From: a virus
Lineage: Duplodnaviria; Caudoviricetes
Virus record (IMG/VR): IMGVR_UViG_3300020042_010077
Location: 1 to 29,700 of that record
Length of the DNA: 29,700 nt
Reading direction: 5' to 3' (one strand)
Positions within the stretch are counted from its first letter, which is position 1. Each line of letters opens with the position of its first letter. The translations under genes were made by a program, and so were the position numbers. Of this stretch, positions 1 to 8,146 are shown piece by piece. The notes below the pieces were generated by a model. That model worked only from the letters and a program-made list of their open reading frames with translations. It did not search any database and was not told the origin of the DNA.

Positions 1-2333
1 CCACTAATCTTAAATCCTAAATCGTTGGTTAAAATATCTATAGTAGCACTTGTTGAAAAAGATGATAATTCAAGATTAGTACCAAAGAAACCTTTTGACA
101 TATATAGCTGACCATCTGTATACGCTGAATTATCAATACTTAAAATTATTGAATCACCAGAACCAGAAGCATCAAGACTTAATTCACCACCACCATTTGC
201 TGATTTAATAACCTTACTTGAATCAATAACAACATCTGGTGTATATACAGTATTTGCTGTTGTACCAGTTATATTATCACCAAGTACAATTGTACCATTA
301 CCACCAGCAATACTATTTGTACCTTGAACAAAACTTGTTGAACCACTTGCTATTGAATTTCTACCACCAGCGTGACTATAATCACCAAGGGCTGTTGTCA
401 ATAATCCTTCAGAATGTGATACTTGACCAATAGCTGTTGTATTTTGACCTTCAGCGTGACTTATTGTTCCAATAGCTGTTGTGTCACCACCTTCAGCGTG
501 GGCACTAATTCCACTTGCTAAGGTTCTTATACCTTCAGCGTGACTACCTTCACCAGATGCTGTACCACCAGTAATACCAAATGAACCATAACCACCTTCA
601 GCGTGACTACCAGCACCACTAGCTAATGAACCATAACCTTCTGCAACAGCATAATCAGCTATTGCATCTGTACCACTTCCATTATTTACTTTAATTGAAC
701 TAGTACCAGTACTACCAGAAGTCCAATATTCAGTAACTGTTGGTATAACTAATCCTTGATATGTTGTCGCACTAATTGTATTTGCTGTTAATCCATTAAG
801 TTGGATATTTTGGTCCAAGTCAAATCTAACATTATTAGTACCAGATGCTACACTTGTAATATTTGTACCACCAGATAATCTAAGTGTATCATTTGCAGTT
901 AAAGCTCCAAGTACTGAACCACTATCAGCTTGCATATATCTCCAATTAGGATTAGATGCAACTACTGGAAGTCCAGTTACCCACTTGATAGTATCTAAAT
1001 AGATATTCAATTGTTGTGGTGATGATATACTTGTTGTAAATCTAAGCTTAGAAATGAATGGTGTTGTTAATGCGAAATTACTTACTGGTATTGAGATTAC
1101 TTGCCAGCTTGTTGTATTAGTTGAGCTGAATCCAAAACGGCCATTATATAATTGAACTGTTCCACCAATAACTACGTTAGATGAACTTAAGATATTTAAG
1201 TTAAGTCTAGCAGAGCTTGGCCAAGCTATTACGTTCTTAATAGCAAATTGAATAGTATTTTGAGATGTTGTATCAAATAAAGTAGTTGATGAGAACTCAA
1301 TTAAGTTTGTATGTGTTGATGCTGAGAATCTAATACTCTTAGTTCCAGTAAATGATTCAGCTGTTGAAGCTGGGATTATTTTAACCGCAGTAAATGAGTT
1401 ATTAGTCCATTCAGTTGGTGGCCCAGCTAACTCATCATAAATAAGTGTTGTTGTAATTGCTGGCGTTGCAGCACCAGCTGGAATACTAACGAAAGAAATC
1501 TCAACTTGAGTTTGAGGGTCTACACTTGGCTTAACAGGATTAGCTGATTCATCACCAGTTATAACTCCTGTGTTACCAGAAACATCAGCGTAAAGCGTAT
1601 CAATACGGTCAAGTGTTCCACCAGAAGCAACAATTACTTGTGAAGCAGCTGGAATAGAATAAATAACCCCACCAATAACATAAGTAAGAGGTGTGATATC
1701 AAATGTTAATCCAGATAGATAAGATACACTTCCAGTTAATAGTTGATTGTTTTGATATACAATTGTTTCTAAGTTTGTTACTCTGTTTTCTAAATCGATA
1801 AAGGTTTGACAATCAGCTAGTGTATCACAAGTAAGGAATTGACGAATATAAGTTTGGTCACAAGTAATACCTGTAAGAATAAAGTTAGCTGAGAATGGAA
1901 TACTACAATCATTAGTTTCAGTATTCGCTTCGATATCGATGTCAATATACCATCCAACTGTAAATTCAGTTAAGAAGTTATTAACTGGTATTGCACGTGG
2001 TGTGTTAAGTATATTAAGGTCATTATATTCATCTTCTCTCAACCAATTTGTAAGGTCACGAAGAATAAGGACTGTTTCATTAAGAATAGCTGATTCATTA
2101 CTTCTATCTTTTTGTAGAATATCTACACAATAAACACGGAATGATAATACATCGATATTATTCTCGAAACTAATCTGATTAGGCACAGCATAAAGAATAG
2201 GAAAACTATTACCACTTGTTGAGAAGTTATCAAATTGCTCAAAGAATGAACATTTAAAACGTTTTAGACTTAAGTGATTAGTACTAAATTGGTCTAATGC
2301 GTTAATTATTGTATTATATGATTGAATAGCCAT
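1..2333 (-). CDS. Large virion fibre protein, 3'-partial (missed by the ORF track): tail-terminator/neck-like N-terminal domain fused to a beta-rich domain and YadA-head-like SHAEG repeats
   Basis: Read by hand from ATG at 2333 (MAIQSYNTIINALDQFSTNHLSLKRF...) with no stop to position 1, 777 codons. The first ~147 aa end in ...GWYIDIDIEANTETNDCSIPF. Repeats SHAEG/AHAEG/SHSEG/SHAGG follow later, then a NTVYTPD..NGGGELSLD module shared with 19176-20663. Confidence 0.85.
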   Translation of the reverse strand, partial: MAIQSYNTIINALDQFSTNHLSLKRFKCSFFEQFDNFSTSGNSFPILYAVPNQISFENNIDVLSFRVYCVDILQKDRSNESAILNETVLILRDLTNWLREDEYNDLNILNTPRAIPVNNFLTEFTVGWYIDIDIEANTETNDCSIPFSANFILTGITCDQTYIRQFLTCDTLADCQTFIDLENRVTNLETIVYQNNQLLTGSVSYLSGLTFDITPLTYVIGGVIYSIPAASQVIVASGGTLDRIDTLYADVSGNTGVITGDESANPVKPSVDPQTQVEISFVSIPAGAATPAITTTLIYDELAGPPTEWTNNSFTAVKIIPASTAESFTGTKSIRFSASTHTNLIEFSSTTLFDTTSQNTIQFAIKNVIAWPSSARLNLNILSSSNVVIGGTVQLYNGRFGFSSTNTTSWQVISIPVSNFALTTPFISKLRFTTSISSPQQLNIYLDTIKWVTGLPVVASNPNWRYMQADSGSVLGALTANDTLRLSGGTNITSVASGTNNVRFDLDQNIQLNGLTANTISATTYQGLVIPTVTEYWTSGSTGTSSIKVNNGSGTDAIADYAVAEGYGSLASGAGSHAEGGYGSFGITGGTASGEGSHAEGIRTLASGISAHAEGGDTTAIGTISHAEGQNTTAIGQVSHSEGLLTTALGDYSHAGGRNSIASGSTSFVQGTNSIAGGNGTIVLGDNITGTTANTVYTPDVVIDSSKVIKSANGGGELSLDASGSGDSIILSIDNSAYTDGQLYMSKGFFGTNLELSSFSTSATIDILTNDLGFKIS
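330..660 (-). repeat. Coding tandem repeats of about 14 aa (T.A.G..SHAEG), trimeric beta-roll/YadA-head-like
   Basis: ccttcagcgtg recurs on the + strand near 448, 490, 532 and 594; the translation gives about seven SHAEG-type units. Confidence 0.8.
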
Positions 2334-2348
2334 TATATCGATTTTATA

Positions 2349-2377
2349 TTAAATTATTGGTTGAAGGTGTTTGGTTC
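2349..2377 (-). promoter_or_regulatory. Putative late promoter GAAC-N17-TAATTTAA
   Basis: One of nine matching motifs, each directly upstream of a packaging or structural gene. Confidence 0.65.
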
Positions 2378-3549
2378 TAAAAATCTAGGACTTCGAAACC
2401 AAAATCTGGTTTAGTTTTCTTATTACGTAAATAGTATTGAAATACCACATATCTCATAGCATCACAAGCATCATCCCATAATTTAACTGGTTCATCAAGC
2501 GTTTGGTCACCCATCTTCTTCCACTTATAGTTACGTAACTCCTTGATTAGGTTAGTTGAGTGTTTATCTATAACAAGTGGCATACTCTTAACAGCATCAA
2601 TTCCTTCCTTAACTGCCTTATTAGATAACTTAGCGTTGAAGCCAGCTCGTCTAAGGTCTTCGATTACATCTGGTCGTGCACTATCAACAAAGATTTCTTT
2701 CCCTTTAGGAATAGCTAACTCACTAAATCGGTTTAGTAAATCTGGTATTGTCATATTAGATTCATATATTCTTTCCTTAGCATAAATGGTTCCATCAATC
2801 GCTGATATCTCTACCAACGCCATAGGGTGATTAAATCCAATATCTAATCCAAACCAAGTATCTGGCCCTTGTTGATAGTCTTCTATCTTATAATGTGTAT
2901 AGATTGTATTAGCTAATACTGCTTGTTCGCCAAGGGCATACACACGGTAATAACCTTCATCAACGTTGATAAGGTTTTCTATTTCCTTTATGATATCTTT
3001 CTCAAGGAATGGATTGTCTTTGTATGTGCTCTTGATTAGAATTGAGTTCTCTTTGTTTAAAAGACTATAAACCCAGCTGTAGTTATCAGATGGATTATAA
3101 TCGACAATAAACTTGGTTGTAGTTCTCATATTCAATTGTTGGAAGTCTTCGAATGTTAATTCGTTGGCTTCATTACAATAAAGTATGTGTCGTTTACGAC
3201 CTCTAAGTTTTTGTGCATCATCAACGGAAAAGAATTCGATTGTACTACCATTACTAAATCGATATAGATTTTCACCCTTATGATGTTCGCTTTCATTATA
3301 TAGTCCAAGTGCATCAAGAATCTCAAATAAGTCTCTCATAACAGAACCTCTTAAGGCTGGGAATGATTTTCTCACAATTGAGATGGTTGTCTTTGGATTA
3401 GTTAATGCGTGAACAATAAGAAGCTGACAGATTGAATAAGTCTTTGATGAACGGGAGCCACCTTGGTTAATCAAAAATCTCTTAGAATCATCTAATAATG
3501 CGTTCATATTAGCTGTGTAAACACCAGTTACCTTTAAATTTAATTCCAT
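2377..3549 (-). CDS. terL: Terminase large subunit (PBSX/SPP1 family)
   Basis: Walker A GGSRSSKT, KLRG motif, Walker B-like ILYCNEA, YNP motif, nuclease acidic residues GLDIGF, DSARP and DDACDAMRY. Confidence 0.95.
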   Translation of the reverse strand: MELNLKVTGVYTANMNALLDDSKRFLINQGGSRSSKTYSICQLLIVHALTNPKTTISIVRKSFPALRGSVMRDLFEILDALGLYNESEHHKGENLYRFSNGSTIEFFSVDDAQKLRGRKRHILYCNEANELTFEDFQQLNMRTTTKFIVDYNPSDNYSWVYSLLNKENSILIKSTYKDNPFLEKDIIKEIENLINVDEGYYRVYALGEQAVLANTIYTHYKIEDYQQGPDTWFGLDIGFNHPMALVEISAIDGTIYAKERIYESNMTIPDLLNRFSELAIPKGKEIFVDSARPDVIEDLRRAGFNAKLSNKAVKEGIDAVKSMPLVIDKHSTNLIKELRNYKWKKMGDQTLDEPVKLWDDACDAMRYVVFQYYLRNKKTKPDFGFEVLDF

Positions 3550-3695
3550 TACACTTTAATTAATATTGTTTTATTATGTTTTAAATATCTTTTAAGTGTT
3601 GAGTGATGAATATTTAAAGATAAAGCAGCTTCTTTAACTCCAGTATAATAAATCCCAGTTTCAGTATTAAGTAATAAAAAAATATTAAGTTCCAT
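3549..3695 (-). CDS. 48-aa NUMOD1/IENR1-like HTH mini-ORF, probable homing endonuclease remnant (missed by the ORF track)
   Basis: MELNIFLLLNTETGIYYTGVKEAALSLNIHHSTLKRYLKHNKTILIKV, with TAATG stop/start overlaps to both terS and terL. Confidence 0.7.
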   Translation of the reverse strand: MELNIFLLLNTETGIYYTGVKEAALSLNIHHSTLKRYLKHNKTILIKV

Positions 3696-4090
3696 TATTC
3701 GTTATCTTTTCTTACTTCTGTTATCTTAATGATTGATATTGGTTGTTGGCCAGAGTGTTCTATCTTCTCTGGTGCATTAAGTCCTAGCATCTTACTGATT
3801 AGTTCAATAGCTTTAATAGCCGTAGCTGAACCACGAGCATCACCATCCTTATGATTAGCTTTAATATCAAGTAAGTCTTGAATAAGTTGTTCCTTGGTTA
3901 CTAGACATTTAACCTTTAAATCTTCACGGCCTTTAGTAATAGCAGCGATTATCTCATCATTTCTCAACAGCCTTTCACCAGCTGTTGCTGCTGTAGTTCT
4001 CTTAACTCCAGGATAAGCCTTCTCATATGCTTCGCTAGCATTACCGTTAATAAGGTAAAACTCAACGAATTTCTCTTGTTTACTGTTCAT
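3695..4090 (-). CDS. terS: Terminase small subunit
   Basis: KQEKFVEFYLINGNASEAYEKAY...AGERLLRN N-terminal HTH, KAIELISKMLG motif, position upstream of terL. Confidence 0.9.
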   Translation of the reverse strand: MNSKQEKFVEFYLINGNASEAYEKAYPGVKRTTAATAGERLLRNDEIIAAITKGREDLKVKCLVTKEQLIQDLLDIKANHKDGDARGSATAIKAIELISKMLGLNAPEKIEHSGQQPISIIKITEVRKDNE

Positions 4091-4280
4091 TTGGTATTTC
4101 TCCTTTATATTGTTGAAAGTACTGGTTAAGTTTACTTCTTACAGTTGCGGTCTTACATCTACAAGATGTCATATTGCTTCCGTAGAAATATAATTCTAAC
4201 GCCAGAATCTGGTCCCAATTTTCTGAGCCAGATTCTATAAGTGCTTTTAATTCAATTAATTTTGTTATTCTTTCATCCAT
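4080..4280 (-). CDS. Small hypothetical protein with TSCRC motif
   Basis: 66 aa, overlaps the terS start, preceded by a late-promoter motif. Confidence 0.7.
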   Translation of the reverse strand: MDERITKLIELKALIESGSENWDQILALELYFYGSNMTSCRCKTATVRSKLNQYFQQYKGEIPNEQ

Positions 4281-4284
4281 ATCT

Positions 4285-4312
4285 TTAAATTATTCATTTT
4301 TATATGTGGTTC
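4285..4312 (-). promoter_or_regulatory. Putative late promoter GAAC-N16-TAATTTAA (packaging operon)
   Basis: Minus strand reads GAAC cacatataaaaatgaa TAATTTAA agat ATG. Confidence 0.65.
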
Positions 4313-4847
4313 TTATTTTATCCTTTAATCCTTTAATCATATAATAGCAACCTGTACGACTTATTCCTGTATGTTTGGCTAATTTACCACTTGTATTAAT
4401 CCCTAAGTTAAACACGTCATTATATAGTAATTGTTGGTCTAGTGTTGAATTTGATATTACATCGTGAATATGGTTTAATTGTGACTGAATATCTATTTCT
4501 TGTTGAAGGAGTTCTTCTTCTGGTGTTGTATCATCAAGTATTACGTATGATTCAACATCTTCTAAAAGGCTCGAAGTATGGTGTTTATTAGGGTATACCC
4601 ACGCTTTCTTAAATTGTGTGTCACTCCATTTGATTTGCATCGTCATCCATCTAACAACTACTGCTTCAATCTTACCTTCTTCAAGTACTGGTCTTAGTTT
4701 TTCTTGGTTCGCTTGTATATAAATATATGCATCGTTAACCAATTCATATTTAAGGTCTTGTCTTTTAATTAATTTAAGTATATTATTCGCACAATTAAGT
4801 ACATAATCATATCTTGTATTAAAGAAGTTATTAATTATTGTATCCAT
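4290..4847 (-). CDS. Sigma-70/ECF-like phage transcription factor (candidate late sigma)
   Basis: Region-2-like DLKYELVNDAYIYI, C-terminal HTH SGKLAKHTGISRTGCYYMIKGLKDKI, located immediately upstream of the terminase operon. Confidence 0.65.
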   Translation of the reverse strand: MDTIINNFFNTRYDYVLNCANNILKLIKRQDLKYELVNDAYIYIQANQEKLRPVLEEGKIEAVVVRWMTMQIKWSDTQFKKAWVYPNKHHTSSLLEDVESYVILDDTTPEEELLQQEIDIQSQLNHIHDVISNSTLDQQLLYNDVFNLGINTSGKLAKHTGISRTGCYYMIKGLKDKIRTTYKNE

Positions 4848-4848
4848 T

Positions 4849-5190
4849 TTAGTATCCTAGGTATTTTAATTTCATCGCTTTATCTAAGTTGGTGATGTCT
4901 TTCTTTATTTTCTTATTTAAAACAGCCTTACCTAAATCGATATAGTGAGCCATTTCAGCTTCTTTTGCATTAAAGATGGTACCAGCAATATAAAAGCTTT
5001 CAGTTTCAACAGCCATCTTAAGCCATTTGTAGTATTCTTTAAGTGTTTCTTCAGCATCACTAAGTAATTCTTCCTTACTAAGGCTAGCTGCAAGTACGCT
5101 GATTAATAAAAATTCAGCTGAATCGTCTTGATTCTCGTTAATTTCGTTACAGTAATCAACGAATTTAGTTATTGATGTGAACTTTTTCAT
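4849..5190 (-). CDS. Hypothetical protein with degenerate UVR-like motif
   Basis: 113 aa in the operon; LKMAVETESFYIAGTI resembles the AIE.E.YE.AA motif. Confidence 0.7.
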   Translation of the reverse strand: MKKFTSITKFVDYCNEINENQDDSAEFLLISVLAASLSKEELLSDAEETLKEYYKWLKMAVETESFYIAGTIFNAKEAEMAHYIDLGKAVLNKKIKKDITNLDKAMKLKYLGY

Positions 5191-5191
5191 A

Positions 5192-5359
5192 TTATTTAGT
5201 TGATTGGTTTGCTGGTATGATGCCTTCGCTTCCGATTAAATCGTTTGCGGTGTTAAATCCATTATTCATAGATTTGTTAAATTCTTTTAGATTTTGATTA
5301 AGTGCTGCTAAGTTAGCTAGTATTTCAATCATTACTTGGTTGTTTTCTGTTGTATTCAT
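5192..5359 (-). CDS. 55-aa hypothetical coiled-coil protein (missed by the ORF track)
   Basis: MNTTENNQVMIEILANLAALNQNLKEFNKSMNNGFNTANDLIGSEGIIPANQSTK; A-rich leader, stop 1 nt before the next ATG. Confidence 0.7.
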   Translation of the reverse strand: MNTTENNQVMIEILANLAALNQNLKEFNKSMNNGFNTANDLIGSEGIIPANQSTK

Positions 5360-5395
5360 TTTGTTGTTGTTTTATTTAATGTTATGCTTATACTA

Positions 5396-5418
5396 ATAAA
5401 TATATCGTTTTATTAAAA
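5396..5418 (-). promoter_or_regulatory. TTTT-N10-TATATTTAT promoter-like motif
   Basis: Same motif found before five non-structural transcription units. Confidence 0.55.
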
Positions 5419-5426
5419 AAAACAAA

Positions 5427-5957
5427 TTATTTTTGTCTTTTTTTCCAAATTTCTTCTGCTTCACCTAAAACGATATAGATTTCGTTCTTACATATCATCT
5501 TCTCAGCATCACAACTCATTAAGTCACCATTAATCTTAATCATATCTTGGTCTCCTTGATTGTTAACTGGTAGAACTGATTCAAACCAAATTGGTTCTGG
5601 ACATCTATTTAGGTCCCATACTTGGAAACCATCGCTGTGCACGTTGATGTAAAGTCTCTTATCAGCTGGTTGTGACATAAGGAAGTCATACTTATCCTTC
5701 TGGATAACCCATCCATTATAACTGGTCATAGGGTAATTACGCACCTTAATCTCGCATATTACCTTTGATGCTGCTTTAAGTGTTGGGTGGAATTGTATCC
5801 AAGTCGCATCATATTTATCCTGTCCATCATATGGTGTATAGATGATTTGAGATAGATTAGGTTGTGTATCCAGTAATTTCTTTAGAAATAAACGCTCTCT
5901 TAGGCTTTTAATTTCAATCATTTTCTTGTCGTTGTTCATTTTTAATTTGTTGCTCAT
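5427..5957 (-). CDS. PD-(D/E)xK-like nuclease-fold protein
   Basis: DKYDA...ICEIKVR spacing typical of the PD-(D/E)xK motif. The start may be the downstream Met at 5939. Confidence 0.6.
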   Translation of the reverse strand: MSNKLKMNNDKKMIEIKSLRERLFLKKLLDTQPNLSQIIYTPYDGQDKYDATWIQFHPTLKAASKVICEIKVRNYPMTSYNGWVIQKDKYDFLMSQPADKRLYINVHSDGFQVWDLNRCPEPIWFESVLPVNNQGDQDMIKINGDLMSCDAEKMICKNEIYIVLGEAEEIWKKRQK

Positions 5958-5961
5958 ACTA

Positions 5962-5989
5962 ATAAATATATCAATTATTATAAAAGTTC
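5962..5989 (-). promoter_or_regulatory. GAACTTTT-N11-TATATTTAT promoter-like motif
   Basis: Minus strand reads cgaacttttataataattgaTATATTTATtagtATG. Confidence 0.55.
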
Positions 5990-6008
5990 GGAAAAAGATG
6001 AAAATAAA

Positions 6009-6040
6009 TTTGATTTTATCAAAATTTATTCATATATTTG
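6009..6040 (+). promoter_or_regulatory. Bacteroidota housekeeping promoter (-33 TTTG, -7 TAnnTTTG)
   Basis: TTTG at 6009-6012, 20-nt spacer, TATATTTG at 6033-6040. Confidence 0.75.
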
Positions 6041-6043
6041 TAT

Positions 6044-6514
6044 ATGGAAGTTTTAACTAAAGAAAAAGTAGGTCAGCAATCTACTCAAAAAATAAACGGA
6101 TACCCAACTGAATTTGGTACTGTTAATGCTGAGATTGGTAAGTCATTCTTTTTAAGTCTTGGTGGTTGGGTTCGTCCACTTGAAGGTGAGGACCTTAATA
6201 TGCGTATGAAATCTTTTGAACGTAAGTTACGTTTCTGGGTTGATGATGCTTCTAATCAGCTCTTAAGAGGTAAATTGGACCCTAAGATGCCAATCATTAA
6301 AATTGTAGACTATTCTGATACTGGGTTTGCTAGTAATGCTGCTCGTGTTAATAATACCTTTACCTATTTTAGTATTGAATTAAATCTTTATTTTAAAGAT
6401 AAACAAAGTATTCGTGATGGTGAAACTAAAGATTTGTTTCTATTGTTATGTTATAGTTTGGTTGATTATTTTCGTGAGAACCGAGAACTTAGTTTCCAAC
6501 CATCACGAAAATAA
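6044..6514 (+). CDS. Stand-alone hypothetical protein on the opposite strand, with its own promoter and terminator
   Basis: ATG at 6044 (the track's TTG start at 6038 lies inside the -7 element); motifs FGTVNAEIGKSFFLSLGGWVRP and TYFSIELNLYF. Confidence 0.8.
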   Translation: MEVLTKEKVGQQSTQKINGYPTEFGTVNAEIGKSFFLSLGGWVRPLEGEDLNMRMKSFERKLRFWVDDASNQLLRGKLDPKMPIIKIVDYSDTGFASNAARVNNTFTYFSIELNLYFKDKQSIRDGETKDLFLLLCYSLVDYFRENRELSFQPSRK

Positions 6515-6520
6515 CTAAAT

Positions 6521-6543
6521 GAGGCCCTGTAAGGCCTCTTTTT
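6521..6543 (+). terminator. Intrinsic terminator between convergent genes
   Basis: GAGGCC-ctgtaa-GGCCTC followed by TTTTT. Confidence 0.8.
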
Positions 6544-7030
6544 AGTTTTGTTTAATTAATTCTTCCCTTACCTTTTGTATCCTTCTACCTATCGTAGCTT
6601 CACTAAGACCTGTTGCCTCAGCTAATTCTCTATGTAACCATCCTCTCATATACCATCGGAATAAAGCTCTATTAAATGGTGTTAACTTGCTGAAGTCTAA
6701 TTCATTAGTTTCAGTTTGAAACACCGTAGGTTCATTATAATTAAAATCCTCAATAAATTTGAAGTTATCTCTACGGCATATTCTATTTTTATATTCGAAT
6801 TGACGGTTGATATGGTTCTTTAAACTGACAAATGCATAAGCTTTAAACTCATCCAAGTTATCTAGGGATATTAAACCCTGTTCTTCCTTCTCCAGGAGTT
6901 TTAAAATCGTATCATTTAGGACAGTATCTCTCTGGTGTTGGTCAATATGGTAGAAACTATTCGCTAATCCATTAGCTGCCATATTAAGTAATTGTGATTT
7001 AATTCTAATGATTTCTTTGTAATTTCTCAT
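6542..7030 (-). CDS. ECF-type sigma-factor-like protein
   Basis: Region-2-like RDTVLNDTILKLL...FKAYAFVSLKNH and region-4 HTH LTPFNRALFRWYMRGWLHRELAEATGLSEATIGRRIQK. Confidence 0.75.
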   Translation of the reverse strand: MRNYKEIIRIKSQLLNMAANGLANSFYHIDQHQRDTVLNDTILKLLEKEEQGLISLDNLDEFKAYAFVSLKNHINRQFEYKNRICRRDNFKFIEDFNYNEPTVFQTETNELDFSKLTPFNRALFRWYMRGWLHRELAEATGLSEATIGRRIQKVREELIKQN

Positions 7031-7583
7031 CTTGTTGTAATTTCTTTAAAACTTTCTTTATTTTTTCTTCTATATTCTGACGACTAGTACCTAAAGCCTC
7101 ACCAATCTCTCGATAATTCATAGGCCCATTATCTGTATTAATACCATAATACATTTCAACCAATATTCGCTCTTTATCTTTTAAGCTCATTAGAGCCGTT
7201 TTAAGACTAGTATAATCATTTCCTTCCTCTGATGCCTCTTCACCTATAAAATGCTCTAGGATGTCTCCATTCTCATTAATTGGGGTATTGGTTGATACTG
7301 TCTTAAGTAGATTATCTTGACCTATAAGAGCTTTTGGTGTGCGAATAGTATTAGAATATTTGGCTAGGAATGTCTTCATATTGTTTTTGATGACGGTAGT
7401 CATATAGTTAACCCATTCTTTATCAGTACTACCCTTATAAGATAGACTAGCTTGCCATACACCAATAAGACCTTCTTGGATTAGGTCTTGGGTGATATCC
7501 TCATTTTGGTTGAATGTATTAGCTATCTTGATGATGTATGCTCTCCAACGTGTTGGGTCAGTTATTTCTTTGTTTAGGTTCAT
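7005..7583 (-). CDS. Sigma-70 family RNA polymerase sigma factor
   Basis: Region 2 QDLIQEGLIGVWQA, TIRTP motif, region 4 LKDKERILVEMYYG...MNYREIGEALGTSRQNI. Confidence 0.9.
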   Translation of the reverse strand: MNLNKEITDPTRWRAYIIKIANTFNQNEDITQDLIQEGLIGVWQASLSYKGSTDKEWVNYMTTVIKNNMKTFLAKYSNTIRTPKALIGQDNLLKTVSTNTPINENGDILEHFIGEEASEEGNDYTSLKTALMSLKDKERILVEMYYGINTDNGPMNYREIGEALGTSRQNIEEKIKKVLKKLQQDEKLQRNH

Positions 7584-7597
7584 TTGGTTCTTTATAT

Positions 7598-7620
7598 ATA
7601 AATATAGTATAATATTAAAA
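7598..7620 (-). promoter_or_regulatory. TTTT-N10-TATATTTAT motif upstream of the two-sigma operon
   Basis: Minus strand reads ttttaatattatacTATATTTATatataaagaaccaaATG. Confidence 0.55.
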
Positions 7621-7645
7621 TATTTAAAGTATTTTCATTTTATTT

Positions 7646-7966
7646 GGGGCTGCTGAGCAGCCCCCACCATTTAGTCGAAAGGTCGGTCACCCTCCCGTAA
7701 GGGTATTGAGACTGGCCAAAGGCCCCCCAAGACTCCCGTAAGGGGTTGAGATGTGCTTCGCTTGCTTACGCAGTTGAGATGGTGTTTTATATAGTTAAGA
7801 GATATAGTGGCCTCGTGCCTCGGCATTCTTAGTTGAGATGTTTTGGCTACGCCTATATGTTAAATAAATATATAAAGAAAAATAGCCTACGGCTGCTTAC
7901 GCTAGTTGAGATTGTTTGCTTCGCTATAGAATAAAATAAATATATAAAGAAAAATTACCTACGGTA
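7646..7966. repeat. Array of mini-hairpins interspersed with AGTTGAGAT boxes and a ~73-bp direct repeat
   Basis: About 12 short GC-stem inverted repeats; GTTGAGAT at 7745, 7773, 7832 and 7905; AAATAAATATATAAAGAAAAAT..CCTACGG occurs twice. Confidence 0.85.
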
Positions 7967-7998
7967 TCTTGATAATCATATTCAACTAAAAAAAAATC

Positions 7999-8146
7999 TA
8001 TATATAATATATATAATATATATAATTTGTTTTTTTTATAGTTTGTATTCTATATAGTTTGTATTGTATTAAGTTAGTCTTATCTTGTTCCTTGATTCAC
8101 CAGTAAGGTAAATGCCAGTAAGGTAAATGCCAGTAAGGTAAAATGC
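7999..8146. other. Putative replication origin: AT-rich tract plus three 15-bp iterons
   Basis: (TATATATAA)x3 at 7999-8025, TATAGTTTGTATT twice, CCAGTAAGGTAAATG x3 from 8100; adjacent to an HTH initiator-like gene. Confidence 0.65.

Noticed and set aside
7690-7970. CRISPR mini-array
   Set aside because: Repeats are only 8-12 bp, spacing is irregular, the intervening sequences are themselves repeated, and no cas genes are present.
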